From Yuukianura sp. NJ FZ-2021 (lineage: Eukaryota): a stretch of DNA of 64,000 nucleotides. Shown here in pieces: positions 33,501 to 48,334 of this stretch. A program made the position numbers and the translations under genes. The stretch is taken from contig CM102286.1 in NCBI GenBank assembly GCA_046563655.1, positions 2,294,001-2,358,000 on the forward strand, given 5' to 3'. Below the pieces are notes generated by a model. It did not search any database. It was not told the origin of the DNA and saw only the letters and a program-made list of their open reading frames with translations. Position 1 is the stretch's first letter, and the number at the start of each line of letters is the position of its first letter.

Positions 33501-36500
33501 TATTGCTTTGTGATCGTTTAAAATACGTTTAGTAGCTTTTTGCTTTTTTTAGCACTGTGTGGCTCTTCGCTTAGTGTCTTACTTTTATGCATTTTAGGTA
33601 GGATTTGTGCTTTGGTTAGTGTAGTAATGGTGTTGATGAATTTGCTATGTTGGTGTTCATGTAATTACTAACGCCTAATACTAACAATCGGGACTGAATT
33701 TCAGATGAGAGGAATGAAACTTGTCGAAGAGTAAATAGAAAATTTAACGCTTCTCTTAAAGGTCGCGGTCCATCTCAGTCGTCTACGTCTGATGGAACTG
33801 TGAGTGATTCAGGGACGCCTGGAAGCTTTAAGGGTCCAACCCCTGGGGCTAAACCTGCCAGAAAGAAACTAAAGCAGCCGACAATGTCAACTCCCGCCAG
33901 TGCAACCAAAACCAAATCCAATGTTACGCCGAGAAAACGTTTGTCAAGTGAAGGAGACGCGAAATTGACAAAGAGAACAAGGAAAAGAGGCAAGTTATTT
34001 TATCGCTAGCTCTTTTTGATTTTTTAAACAGTTTAAACAAAGTTCTCAGTTTTCTTATAAGTTAAATTTGTTTCAGCACTTTCAGGTGGAGAACCTACGG
34101 GAGATTCGTCAGAATCCGAAGGGAAAGCAAAACCTTTGAAACGCATTAGGAAACCAAAGAAAATCTATGACCCAGGAGAGGGTGATTGGAAAAACAGTGT
34201 TCCAAGTCCAGATATTTTGGACTTCTCTAATGAAGAAAGACGTAAAGAACCAACTCAGTCGAATCAAGTAATTGACTTGAATAAGCTACGATCCGAAATG
34301 AAAGGAATTGATAAAATGGTGAAAGTTTCGACTACTGTTGTACCGGAAATGGCCCAAGTCACTTCCGAACTTCCCGGAAAAGGGACTGAGTTGGACACAA
34401 AACTGGAGATTCGTGCTTTTTCGAAGGCAGCGACGCCTAGAGCTACTATCGAAGTGAAAGAAGAAACGAAATTGACGGGGGAAGTGCCACCGATTCTGCA
34501 AAATGCTGAAAAGAGTGTTGAAATTCCAAAGGATGAGAAAGGTGATGTTGGTGCTGATGCTGTAAAACAGGAGAAGATTGTTGAACGAGGGTCTAGTCTG
34601 AAGGAAACAACGAATTCCGACAAACTAAAGCTGTTGCCAGAAGTTGATGTGAAGGAGGAGGCTGAAGAGTCCAAGCCTAAGCCAGAGGCAAAGATGACGC
34701 AGAGGGACGTTTTGAAGAAAGATGTTAAACCTACGGGAGATACTGAAGTTGAAATTGGGAAGCCTGCGCAGATCGAAAAGGCGAAAAATAGTATAATGGA
34801 AACTATTGAGCAAGTATCGTCTAATACTGCTGGAGTTAATCAAGTCTCATCAATCGACATTATACCTGCACCGTCATCGAAACCTACGAAAACACTGGTG
34901 GAACCAATAACTAGTATTCCCCGTCCGCCACTGCCAGCACTACTGAGAGCATCTGCTCCGACACCAGTAAGTTAGCATTTTAACGTCAAATTGTTCATGA
35001 ATGCTGTATATGCGACGATCCTATGTATAGAATGCTTTTATGATTGGTTTTCTGTTTCAGATTTTACCAAATTTGATTCCGCCGGTTCGAAGCACAACAC
35101 CAATTACAATTACAATTCCACCGCGAGCTCAACGACCAATTTTAATCAAATGTCCAACTCCTACAAGTTCATCTATTGCGGTTCCTACTACAATAACAAT
35201 CTCTACACCTTCTTCAGCTCCAGCTCCAACGCCACCACAGCTGATAATAGCCAAACCTTTGATTACTATCCCGAAGAGTCTACCAGCCACTGCGAAACTG
35301 ACAGGAATGGACGAAAACGAGAAAGATTCTGTGCAGGTCCAGCAACAACAACAAATTCAGACACTAGCATCTCCTATCACACCAAAGACTTCATTGGAGA
35401 AGGTGTCACCTACTATAACCTTGATCACCACAACTTCACCTGTAAAAGGAGCTACGTTAGCTGCTGCACAAAGTACTCCAACGGTCCATGTTCGGCCAAA
35501 ACTGACAGAAACTGGGCCTAAACTGGCTTCTTACCCGACAGCACGCATTCGTGCGCCTACTGGAGTAAGTTCTGGCCAACTACTTCCATTAACTCCTGGA
35601 TTTGGCGGTGTTAAGAAGCGGAGGAAGGTCAAGAGTAAACAAATTGTCGAGTCTTCTGGCTCCTCGGATGAACAGGAAGCGAAGAGACAAAAACGACAAG
35701 TTTATGCTCCCAAGACTTTTAAGCAAGTTACCTTGCAAGTTAACCAGCCACCGAAAACTTCACAAGGAAGTTCTGTAACTCCGGCAGCAACTACGACTAT
35801 TTCTACTACAATAGGTGCAGTAGTTGCCTCAGCATCGACTTCATCTTCAACTTTGACTGGTGCACCGCAAACTCTTGCACAAAAGAAGCAACAAATTCCT
35901 TCTGCCAAGGTGACACCAATTTTGAAAGTGCAGTATGGCTCGGAGAAGAGACCGATGTCGCCAGGAGGGAAAATTGTTTCTGGAAAATATACAAGAGTGG
36001 AACCTCTGCTTAAAGTTGTCAAGAAACCGACATCTTCTACGTCTAAATCAGCACAACCGCCAGCATCCAGTACTCAAGTATCGCAGGCTCAACAGCCACT
36101 TGCCAAAAAAGTACTACCAGTGGCAGTATCTTCGCCAGCACAAGCACCAATGACTCCAATATCGCGAACCACTCTGCTGTCGGAGTCCGAGCAATTAAAA
36201 ACCTCCGTCATTGCTCCGCCTATCCAACGGTCACCTTCCCCGCCAACAATACAACTTCCTGAACTGGAGTCTCCGATGGAAGAGCAAGAGCCGTTTGTTC
36301 CGTTCAAATCGTTGTTGCCACTCATTGACACCACCGCGACTCCACCAACAGTCGTTCCTGACACGTTCAATGTTAATGTGTTGAATGTCAAGAGTGATGT
36401 TACTCTGGAGGTCAAGAAGGAAATTGTCGCAGAGGGAGCCAAAAACTTTCCAGTTTCGGTTTTTGAATCACGTGGGCCGTTTGGAACTGAAAACGAAAAC

Positions 36501-37961
36501 GAAGATGTGCATGACACGAAGGCAATAATCTCTACTGGGCCAATGGAACTACCAGCTCCAGGAGAGGAATCTTGTCACTCGTTGCTTTGCGAAGAAGAAA
36601 TTCCTGGAAGTCCAACCCCAGGAGCAGATTCCAAACCGTTTCTATTTGAAGACACGAATGCCATGGAGTTCCCACCGCACAAGATGACTCTACCGGTTGG
36701 CAGAGCTGAAAGTGTGCTGAACCAAAGCATATTTTCTTCACCGCTATCAGTAGTGCCACCGACGGAGAAAGCACTTGGATCGTTTCCGGTGACAACGTCG
36801 GCTACTCCAACCAAAACTGGTGATTCAGTGCTTGAGACGACATCGACCACAGTTTCAACGGCATCTGTGGCGCAAGAGAGAGCATTTACGGCAGTTAGCT
36901 CGATATCGGCCCTTTATAGGCATGCATTTGACAAGGATTTGGTGAAACCGAAACAACTTTCCAGTGGAGAGGAAAACCAGGTTGAAAATTCACCGCTGCC
37001 AATGTCATCGACTAGCAGCATTTCGACGGGATCTCCTCGCGCGTTAGTTTTAATGTTAACTTCAACCGTATAGTGGTGTAGTTAAGTTTATGTTAACCTT
37101 TGAATTTCTTAAATTACAGGGGAGACGGTGAGACTAAGCTGAGCAGTGGAGAAAACAAGTCCAAAGAGCCCTCGGATACTGACAGCATTGACTGTTTACC
37201 AAAATGTGAAGACATCGTTGACGGTAAGCTACTAAACAGGCGCATGCATAATGTTTAATTGTTTGTGTATTTTGATTTATATGTTCATTTGTCACTTAGA
37301 AATAGAAAATACGAGCTCTGATGAAGACGATCATGATGGTGACAAGTACGGTGGACGTTCGTTGTACGAGAAATCTTCTGGCAGAAGCCGAAGTCCATCT
37401 TCGTCACCAAGGAAACGACGGCTTGCCCGTCGAGATTCTCCGGACGACTCTCCACCAAGGTCGTACAGGATGGGGCATCGATCTTCTGTTAAACGAGGTA
37501 CGTTTATTGAGTTTTTAAAACGTTGTGGTGAATGGGGTAAAGTGAGAAAATACTCCAATTGTGCTGATGCAGGACTCGACGCCGACTATGGACGAATGCC
37601 ACCACCGCAGCCTCCGGTGAACTTGGGAAAACCTCCCTATTCTGAAAGATATAACTTCATTCCTGTCCTGAGTAAGTTTTAGTTAACGTTAATTAAGCTT
37701 AGTTTAGTGTTAGCTTTTTGGTTTTCTAAAACAGTTGTCTAAGTTTTTTATTCTAAAATAGCGGATTCAATGTCATCCGAAGAACGTGTTGATCTGTGTA
37801 TGACAAGTATGACCAATTTGCGAGAAAAGTGGAGGGAACTGAAAGCGGAACTGAGTTTCTACGACAGAAAGAAGAAGCGAATTCGGAAACGAAAAAGGGA
37901 GCAGGAGAAGCGCGAAAAAGAAGCGCTTCTGAAAAATTCGGCATCGACTACGAACGGTTAG
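30528..37961 (+). CDS. ARID4B: AT-rich interactive domain protein 4 (ARID4A/B, hat-trick homologue), multi-exon
   Basis: ATG immediately before a donor at 30528-30530, then [26 protein letters not shown] (Tudor). [29 protein letters not shown]1[49 protein letters not shown]. Chromo-barrel [13 protein letters not shown]-terminal coiled coil [21 protein letters not shown]. Confidence 0.93.
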
Positions 37962-40900
37962 GTCCAGAAAGTTAGGAAACGTTTTTTATGATTGACTTCA
38001 TACTTTTTTTTGTACTTATCAAGACCATCTCCACACTGTTTTTAGCTAGGTAAAGTTTAGGTAATGTTATTTTTAAAATTGTGACAACTCTATGGTGGTA
38101 GATTTTGAAAACGTAAGTACTACGAATTTACAGATTCATTGATAATGCATTTAACATGCAGACTTGTTAAGTAAATACTTTCTCTATGTTAAAGCTTTGG
38201 TTAATCGTTTTTACAGGGGGTAATGCGATGGTTACCAAAAAGTTAATGACCTACTCCAGAACAACCCATCCCATCTTCCCATCCTGAGTACCAGCAGATC
38301 CAATTTTAATCCGAATTGCTAAGGAATTGAGAGTAGATTTTGGCCAACAGCAGCAAAAATGACGACAAGACATGGAGATGGGGATTCTGTAAATGGGCTG
38401 ACTGGGTTGTGCAGTAACTGCGTGGGAATCAGCAGTACTAGACGTAGAAGGCCAACGTTCAGTTGTTCTATTTCTTCATACCGTCGTTGGAATTTGTGCC
38501 GGAGCCGGATATGTCCGAACTTTACCTTGTCGAGGTAAGTTAATCACTATTCCCTTGTTTTAGCAGCTTTGAACATTCAGAATTTTAATGGAATACCAAC
38601 GAAGTTAGCATATAAATGGATCAATGCGTTGCACTAGTGGCGCTGCTGGTACCGTAGGGTGTCAGTTGTACAGTACAACTTTACACTACTGTGGGAATGT
38701 ACTAGAACGTAAACGCATTCCTCGGAAGAGAATGCACATGTTCACAAGTTTGAAAATGCTATTAGACGAACGGCGGCATGACGAAGGCTGAGACGGAGCG
38801 GGGAAAAAGGAAATTTCATGTTTGGGGGTTAGGTTGTAATTGTAAACTGTTTACGTTTAAACTATTTAAAACTCATTTAATTCATGATTATAGAATTAAG
38901 GATTTATTCTACTTATCAAGATCAACTGTGAGTGACCATCTCGTATTAACATTGTAATAGTAAATACAGAAACATATGATGTCATTTATTTCCCGCTATG
39001 TTTTTGTTGTGCTTTAGGTGACTGGAAAGTGCCGATAGTTGAGCTCAAAAGTCGGACAAGAGGAGAGGAAATCCAGCCAGAAGACCCCACAGCAGCAGCC
39101 AACCGATCCCTTTGTTTTGTATGAGAAGAAAAAAGTCTGCTCTGAATCTGCTCTTCTGCTGTTGTCATTCATTGGTGTTGTTCTACTGAAAACAGGACAG
39201 GACATACGAAAGTTGTAACTGAATTCATTACAGTTAGATTCTGTTTAGTTAGCAGTTTATTAGTTGGAGGTTGTGCTACTAAAGTAGTGTTAGTTTACAG
39301 TGAAGTGACTACTGTCACGTAAGCAATCGGTTTCAAAACATTTCACGAAGACATACGAAAAGCGAAAAGGGACTCGGAATCGGAATCACCGAAAAAGGAC
39401 AGGTAATGTTTACTTTATCAGGCCCTTTATAACGTTTTAATCTAGAAGTAGCAGTCCAGCACGGTAAGTAAGTGACCTTTCTACTTTGAACATCAGTGGC
39501 AAGTAAGCTGACTTGGGATAATGTATACTGGCTAGCCGGTGAGTCGTTTAGTGTTTACATTCACTTATTATGTGCAAATCGATACTTTTGGGATCATTCG
39601 ATCATTGTCATTATCGGTAGTTCATCAGCTGGTGGCTTCCCGGAAAGCAATTACATAGAATAAGTTATAACGATAAGGCAGTTGACGGTTGTACAAGTAT
39701 CAATGCACTAACAATTCGGCAGCACTATATTCCAGCACCCTATCTTATCTAGGAGAACGTGGGGAACGTTGTCATTGCGGACGGAGTGGAGGTGTCATGT
39801 AGAACAAATCAAGCAGCAAGTGGACTAAACTGTTTATAGTCTTGGATATTTCTTCAGGCATTGAGTGTCGCTATCGTTTTTCATCATGGGAAACGGCAAG
39901 ATTTGCGACTGTTGCATGGAGTTTACATCCCTTCTGCAATCATGTAAGTACATTGCATCTTTGTATCGTTTTTTTAACATAAACCGTGTCCAGTGTTAAC
40001 TAAACTTACTTTGATGGATTGTTTTTCAGATGATTCCAAAAGAGCGCAACTGTCAAGCATCGACGACATCAATATAAGCCGTGAGGAAATTGAAACCGTG
40101 ATTTTGTACATGCAGTCATGGACTCAGCGTCAATGCAGTTGCTGTTTCCGTGATAGTCGAAACTTTGAGCGATACAACTGGGCTCTTCAGGTTCTTATCC
40201 TTGTGGCAGTGGAAATTCTCAAGCACTATCACGACAAGTCAGATTTGACACCCAAGGATACAAAACCCGCCACTACTTCGGGGGAAAGCGATGAACCTGT
40301 GTCTATCGTCGAGGATACTGCTGGGGGTGAACGCCAAAACGCTGTCTGGGACATCGATGAAAAGGACAAGTTGATCCACTTTGTCTCGAAGGTTTTCCAG
40401 AGTAATTTCCAAACTTACATTGCGTTCAAGCAGCATATACAGATGAGAGCTGAGGAAGTATCCCAGCAGGAAATTCAGTCATTTGGATTGTTTTGTGAAC
40501 TGAACGAACCTGATGTGTCGCCATACCTGTATCGGAATATCACGCTATTTTGCAAAGTAAGATTCGCAACTTTAGTTTACTACTATGCTTTTGCTAAACA
40601 TAAGTCACGTAAAGTTATAAAGCCAATGTTATTTTTTGTCTTTTTAGAACGGGGGACTGGTGGCTATTCAGCAGTTTATGAAAAATCAAACACCGGAATC
40701 GTTGCCACTTCATCTGGCGAACATGATTGTTGGTTTAGCCACAACTGTGAAGGCATGGCTAAACTTCCCTGCATTGCTGAATTTTTTTGTGCCATTCCGG
40801 TCAAGTGTGCTGTCTTATTTGAACAAGTTGGTGGACACGGAATTGAAGACAACATCGGCCAGAAACATGAACGGTGAGCAGTAATTGTGAATTTTTCGAC

Positions 40901-43900
40901 GTTTCTAACACGTTTCTACGAAATACTAAAAATTGTGTTCGTAAAAGTGCGAAATGAAGGCTTATTGGCATGCTTTATTTATAGAGTTTATTTGGAGTGC
41001 TGTGAAGGATCCTATTGATGCTCATTTGTCTTTCGATCGAGATGGACTTGATCTCGCTTTCAAGTACTTCCTCAGTTCTACACTTACCATGAGACTGTCC
41101 GGCGTGACGCAGATTACGAACCACATTAATCTCCTAAATGAACTTCTCAACTCGGACAGTATTTTGGATTCGGAGAGCTTGGATCATCACCTTAACCTTT
41201 GGCTCATGGAGAACCAAATACTGGAACACATGTTTGGCCCAAATCTACACGTAGAAGTTATCAAACAAAGTAATACACTGCTTACTTACTTGGCCATTGA
41301 AGGAAAAATTACAAAAGAGCACATTGACATCATGTGGTCAGCGGCCCAGTTGAAACATTGTTCCAGAACTGTCTACGATGTTCTCTCCATGCTCATTGGC
41401 AACTTGGAACCTCAGCTGATTCTTCATCTCAGAGATTTACTTCTCAAATTGGAACCAAAAGAACACACTGAAGCGGTAAGTACTAAAATGTTTGAACTTT
41501 TAGATTTACATATCGATAATTCGATCATGGTTTGCTTATTTCCAGAGTCTTTTTCTCACATCGAACTTGACGAAGTTCATGTGGAACAATGCTGCCGTTC
41601 CGGTCGAATCCCCGGTCCTTGTGGCACCAACAAAGTACACTCATCGTTTGCGCCAATTGAGTAACATGGTGGAAAGTTCTAGTGAAAATTCTGTCAGTAT
41701 TGGCGGAAGTCACTCAGAAGATGAAATTCAGGTATACTTGCAAACTTTTCTTTTTTATTTTCAAAATACTCCCATGTTCATTTTGTTTACACTGTAGCCT
41801 TTGCAACTTCCGCGAGTACTTGATACATGTAACATGGTGCCCCACCTTGTCCGAGACGATGGAGTGCCAAACAGTAGCAAGTTACGTATCAGCAGTCGCA
41901 TTTCGCAGGCTCGCTTACGACACTTGGCCCGAGTCGTTGCAGAAGACTCTTCGGATGATGATTCAGTTGAAATCAGTGTAGGTGACAGTGGCAAGTCAGA
42001 GGATCAAGAGAATCAACAAGTCAGTTCTTCAGGATACGTAGAATCACACAGTGATTCAGATGCGGATGCCGAAAAGTCTGGGAACGAAGAGACTCATAAT
42101 AAGGAAAGACGACGAAAACGTGTACTGCGACGTCGTAAGAGCAAGAGCAAGTCACAAGGAGGTTCTCTGGAGAACATCGGACCGAAAATTGGAAGTCCAG
42201 CTACCCCAGGAGTAGTAAGTGGAACACGACTGGATGTCACGGCTGATGACACTGGCTTACTCAATACATTGAGTGACAAGGAAAACGATTCGAGTCAAGC
42301 TACAAAGATGGATCTTAGTTCCGGAAGTGGAAGTGTGCCGGATCTACTAGAGCCTAATGCAGTTATGCACGAGTTGAGCAATTTAGTACAGATGACGGAG
42401 TCACCGATGACTCAAGAAATTGTGCCTAACTTGCATGTAAATAGTGATGCTGGAAGCTACTCGTCGCGTATGAGCACAAAATCGGAGAAGAATATGGCGG
42501 ATTTTGATGGAGAGGAGGAGTCTATTTGTGAAGATGAGATTATGCAGTCTCTTTCCCAGAACCAATTGGCAGAAATAGCAGCACGTAGCGGAGACTCCGT
42601 AAGTTTTGTGTCTATGTTTCTAAATATTTCGATTAGAGGTTTCAATTAGTTTAATCTTGTTCGTTTTTGTAGGTCCGACTTACCGGGATTGGGCCAATTT
42701 TTGGTCCTAGGCCAGTCCGCCCATTCAGTCGTCGTCGAAGAGGAGTTTCTTCAAATGATGGATTCAATTTTCAAATAGACGACGTTTGTTCTCCGGGTCA
42801 AACAATTTTGTGGGATCTAATTCAAGATGATAAAATTGTAAAGTTAAATAAGAAGAATGTACTATTTTGTACTATTTTTAGCTTGTAATGTTAATTTTTT
42901 AATTCTGTTGCATGTTTCTAGACTCAGCTTCCAGACGGCCTCGCGCTAGAAGTTCAGAAAGCGCTTTCCACACTGCTCTGCTACAACAGTGACAAACGAA
43001 TCAAATACAAGTTCATTGAACATTGCATCCAAAACCTTACGGAGAATAAGTAAGTCCAAATACTAAATTGAAATATGATATGACTCGGAAGCACCGAGGT
43101 GAATTAACTTTTTTCTTTGTCTCGTCTCTGTGCAGATCGATTGTGATTTCTCTGCGTTTGTTGCCAAAACTCTTTCCTAATTACCCACAGCCAAGAACTG
43201 CAGAAACATACCAGGTAAATTGTATTCTACTTTGAATTTTTCATTCAGGATGAGGGAATATGAACTAATACTGACTATGTTTTGTAGATGACGCTATGGG
43301 TGGATCGAGAATTTCAAATGCGAAACAAGTTTTTTGAAAACTTGAAAATCTTCAAGAATCAGGACACAGTTTGGTTTCCATTTCCGTACCAAGCACATCT
43401 CCAAGTCCGTTTCGAGTTCCTTTCAGTCCTGTTTACCAGCATGACGTCGCCAGAGGATTTCAGGTAAGAGAAAATATCACTTTGTGTGTGAATTTCTTAA
43501 ATTAATTATGTAATTATGAACTAGGCTTAGCATTGATCACATGATCAATGATCCCAGATCAATGATCACATGATCCCAGAGGATATCCACATGTGTGGAT
43601 ATCCTCTGGGACTGCTTGGCAACTGATCCTCGCTCGGCTGACGATCTATTTATTTGGATGCTGGGCCAAGTGCGGATTCGAGATCAGCATGCGCTGTCTC
43701 CTGCAGCTCTTCGTCACATATTTATCAAGAAGCTTCCATCACTTCCACCCGAAGCTGTCACGATGCATGCTTTGAACTTGTTCCAGCAACTTTGCAACAT
43801 TGCACGTAACTCCGGAGAGCAAGATGTTGAAGCGGCTGCTGCCAGCATGGATTATCTCTGGATAATTGCACTTTGTGCTCTTAGAACTGGTAAGTAGGAA

Positions 43901-46900
43901 ACAATTTTTAGTCTTAATTTTGTATTTTGAGTAAATAATTTTCAAATTACTTTGTCAATTACTTTCTCTAATTTTCAAATTAATTTTTCTAGATGTGAGC
44001 TTGACAGCAATTCAGTGCTTGAACGACTACTACGTCAGTCTCCAGTTGGAAAAGGAAGATGAGTTCATTCAGCGATGTATGAGTCACCTTGCAGAAGCTA
44101 CGGAGGAGTTGAGTCATTGTACTCCCTCAGATGAAGCACCGCTGCTCAGAATTCAAAGGGCGCTGCTTCTGGAGAAAGCTACGTTGGAACTACAGTCGAC
44201 AGATTATGTGGCGGATTTGAGAGCCGAAGTTGTAAAGTGGTGGGAAAGTTTACAGGTAAACTGATCAAAAGTTGCCGAAAATTGAACCGAACCTTGGAAC
44301 CTTACATGAATTGGACGATTGGACGATAATTGCAACGCGATGTTCTTGATTTTGAAGGGTCATGGAACTGTAGAGAAAAACACTTCCACTCCTGTTCTAG
44401 GATCTCTTCTGACCGAAGGTCCTATTCGGATGATCACAAATGGAATTGAATTGTCAGCAGAGTATGATGAGAAATGTATAAGCGAAGTTCCTATCAAGGA
44501 TATGCAGGTGATTTATTACATTCAGAAGCACAGAATTTTGGAGGAAGATTTGCTTTAGTTTACGTACTTTAATAAACTTTGTTACATATTTTAGCTTGTC
44601 TATGTATCGCCTGGAGCGGGAAGATCGCATAAGAAGAAGGACAATGCAGAGTATTCGTCCTCACTTCTACCACCTCCAAGAGACAAGTTACCGGTTACCC
44701 TGTTGCTTCAAATGCCATACTTTGAGCAGCTTTTTTCACTTACGCAGTCACTTGCAACTTTGAAATCGTCGGATCGCTCAGGAGTAAGTATTTTATACAG
44801 TAAACCATCGACATATAGCTAATTTACACATCCGTGGTTTGTAGGAGTCGCAGCCACACACAAAAGGACAAGTCTTGTCCAGGCGCGTCTGGGATATTCT
44901 GATGCTGCTTCCTACTAATCCCGCCATACACGAAGGAATTGCAAATTCAATGCAGACGGAAGAAAACTTTTTCAGGACACTCCTTGATCCTGCGTCACCG
45001 CAAAAACTCATGTACTCTTTCTACATTGTTGAAGCTCTCGTCAAGAACAGCCCATCGAAGGTAAAAGATGTAAGTTATCGTGGAACTGGAACTGAGGAAA
45101 TAATAGATAAGTCAACTGCGATACTGTATTGAAGAATTTGTGTTTTTCAGGGTCAAAGTTCAGATTCCACTGCTTGGCGTCAAAACTTCATTGAGAGAGG
45201 TGGCCTGCGTCACTTATTTGACATCTTTGCTTCTGGTAAGGAGAACACGAGTTGAAAGTTTTGGAAATATGAATCTTAGTTATGTTATTTGGTTTAGGCG
45301 TTCTTGAGTCGATGGAAGGAGGAGACTGGAGTGAATGGAAACAAGACTGTTTGGCATCTCTTCTCAAGATTCTTTGTTTCTTGGGAATAATGACCGAAGA
45401 TACGGATTTTCTCAACGAACAACTGTATGACGTTAATGAAGTATCGCGGAAGAAGGCGAAGCGTCGAAAATGTTCAAATGATAAGTCTCCTATTCCAAGG
45501 CTGAATGACGTAAGTTCTTACGACATAAACAATTTACCTCAACCACGACAGATTATTATCAAAAGCTGGTTGATTTGCAGACAATGTTGGCAATGATGGA
45601 TGTTGGACAAGTGATGGCACGTTTGACGAATATATTTCAAGCATGTTCTCTGCCACGAGATCCAAATCACTACAAAACTGGGTTTTGGGGTCGTGCTCAG
45701 GTGAATAATCGTTAATTTACTGATTAGTGATTACTTTTAGAGAAATTGAATGATGTTCTAATTCACAAGGTTGTGCATTATGCCATGGCCCTATTGGTCT
45801 GCTGGGCTTTCTCTCGGGATGAGGTCAAGGCTGCTTTGTACTCTCAGAAAGATTTCCCAAATTGGCTCAGACGATTAGTACTGGAAGATCCAGAGCCAGC
45901 TGTACGGCGTGAAGTTTGTACGGGATTGTACAGACTCTGCTTTGGACCTTCTTCACTCTTTGAAAGCTTCACTTACTATAAAACCACAACAAAAACAAGA
46001 GGTAAGACTAACATATTTCTCATTAATTGAAGTTGATTCGCAATGTGAGACACTTTTGGTATTTTTTCCCATGCAGGTTCCAGTGCAGAACTTCGACGAT
46101 GGAAAGGAGCCGTACGGGCCTGCTTGCCGAGACTATTTTTGGCTTCTTGGAAGACTGCTGGATTGCTTGGAGGAAGATTTTGTTAAAGGTAAATTCAAAA
46201 AAAAAAAAAATTAGAATTAGTAAGAATTTGAAATATTTTGACACGCAGAGAGCAATGAAAATCCGGATACTTGTGTGATTGACCTGGATGGACTAGCTCG
46301 GACTCTGAGCAAAGCCATAATCAACAGAGAATACTACGAAACGCGACACAACACAGTTACAGATGACGCCCTTGTGGGTCTTCTCAACACTTGTACGATG
46401 ATCATGAAGCACAATCCTCCGTTCAAAACAAGTAAACAGGGTCAAGACTTTCTGAAGGAGGTCAGTTTCCTATTACTAATCTCAGCTGATTAATACGTAT
46501 TGAGGGAGGTTGTTAACATGTTGTGTTTTTGGCTATGAACAGATTTTTGACTGCCTGTTCGCATTGCCTTCTCCACAAATGCGTTACCTTCCGAAATGCA
46601 AGTCGCTACTTTGCAGATCTGCGGCCTTTGATTTGCTCACAGAAATGGCTAGATCAGCTGTTCAGAACTACTATCTTCTCCAAAACCTACTCATTGGACA
46701 GCATCAATCGAGTATGAAAGTACAAGTAATAGAGCAAGAGCATATTCTCCTAACTGAATTGACGTTCTTTTTATGTTTTTTTGATAGTATCACACACCTA
46801 CGGTTGGGATTATTGGCCACATGAAGACGGACGTTCGTCATGTGGATATGTTGGACTGACGAATCTTGGAGCAACTTGTTACATGGCGTCGTGCATGCAA

Positions 46901-48334
46901 CATAAGAGCTGCCATTCTCGGAGCTAAATTCTACTCGCAGAATAAGCATGAGCAAACGCTGCGTGAACTTCAAAGAATGTTTGCTTATTTGATGGTAAGT
47001 TATCTAAATGGTATTGGAGGAGTTACAGAAGTACTAAAAACGATTTATTCCATGTTCCAGGAAAGTGAGCGAAAAGCATATAATCCTCGCAGCTTTTGCA
47101 AAGTTTACCAAATGGATCATCAGCCGCTAAACACTGGTGAGATTTTTCATCATAAGACTTTCATTGAAATGTTGAAAACATGTTAATTCTTTTGTTATTC
47201 AAAATGTTGAAAATACTTTCTTGAAACTTAAAGGTGAACAGAAGGACATGGCGGAGTTCTTCATTGACCTTGTCTCAAAATTGGAGGAGATGACACCTGA
47301 ATTGCAGAAGCTAATCAAGACTTTGTTTTGTGGAGTGACGAGTAACAACGTCGTTTCCCTTGTAAGTATGACAAAAGATTTACAATTTGATTTAAAGTGA
47401 AAGTTTTCATAAGGAATTTTAATATTTTTACAGGATTGCCCACATGTGAGTCGAACATTAGAGGAATTTTACACGGTTCGTTGCCAAGTCTCAGATATGC
47501 GTACGCTCTTTGACTCTCTAAATGAAGTAACGGTGAGTGCTTTAACTTAACTTGGTGTTGACCATCATCGTTCCATCATACTTTATGATATCTTGTTTAC
47601 TATGTTTGGAATTAGGTGAAGGATACTCTGGAAGGAGACAACATGTACACTTGCTCTCAATGCGGCAAGAAAGTGAGAGCAGAGAAAAGAGCTTGCTTCA
47701 AGAAACTACCGAAGATCCTCTGCTTCAATACTATGCGTTACACCTTCAACATGATTACAATGACCAAGGAAAAAGTCAATACTCACTTTTCGTTTCCACT
47801 TCATCTGGACATGTCTGGATACTACTGGGTCTCCCCAGACCGACGAAAAAAAAATGAGATTGTGCAGCTTTTCCATTTTGATGCACCAAAAAAAAACAGG
47901 TTTCTTTGGCGATGTACAATTTTTTAAGGCCACTTCCCACACCTTTTTTTTGCGCGTTTCAGAATAACGAAATTTCTAAATGACAAGTGGGAAATTGAGT
48001 ATGGATATTCTGGTTTTAATTAGCATACTTGTTTCAGGGTTGACTATAGTGCTGTCTGAGTTTGAGTTCACCAAATTCAGAGACGAGATTAAGTTTAATG
48101 CATTGCAAAACCAGTTTGTTAGTATGCAAATTTTTGCCTGATTATTCTAGTTACACCATTTGAAAGCGCCTATTACCATGCAATTGATCAAACAGTACTT
48201 CAACCTCTTTCAGTTGTGTGAACACTTTCGAGTTAACTATTACCTTATTCCTTGCGTGCAGCCAGTTGAAATCTTAACTTGTGAATACGCTCTGAACACA
48301 CTAGGCATACGTGCATTACGTAACAACTAGTGAA

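Noticed and set aside
32198..36850. Long antisense ORFs (289, 136 and 142 aa)
   Set aside because: They are shadows of the low-complexity ARID4 exons on the opposite strand and show no independent motifs.
38340..38540. Exon-like GC-richer segment ending in a gtaagt donor between ARID4 and USP34
   Set aside because: No convincing reading frame or homology. It may be a non-coding exon, but this cannot be supported from the sequence.
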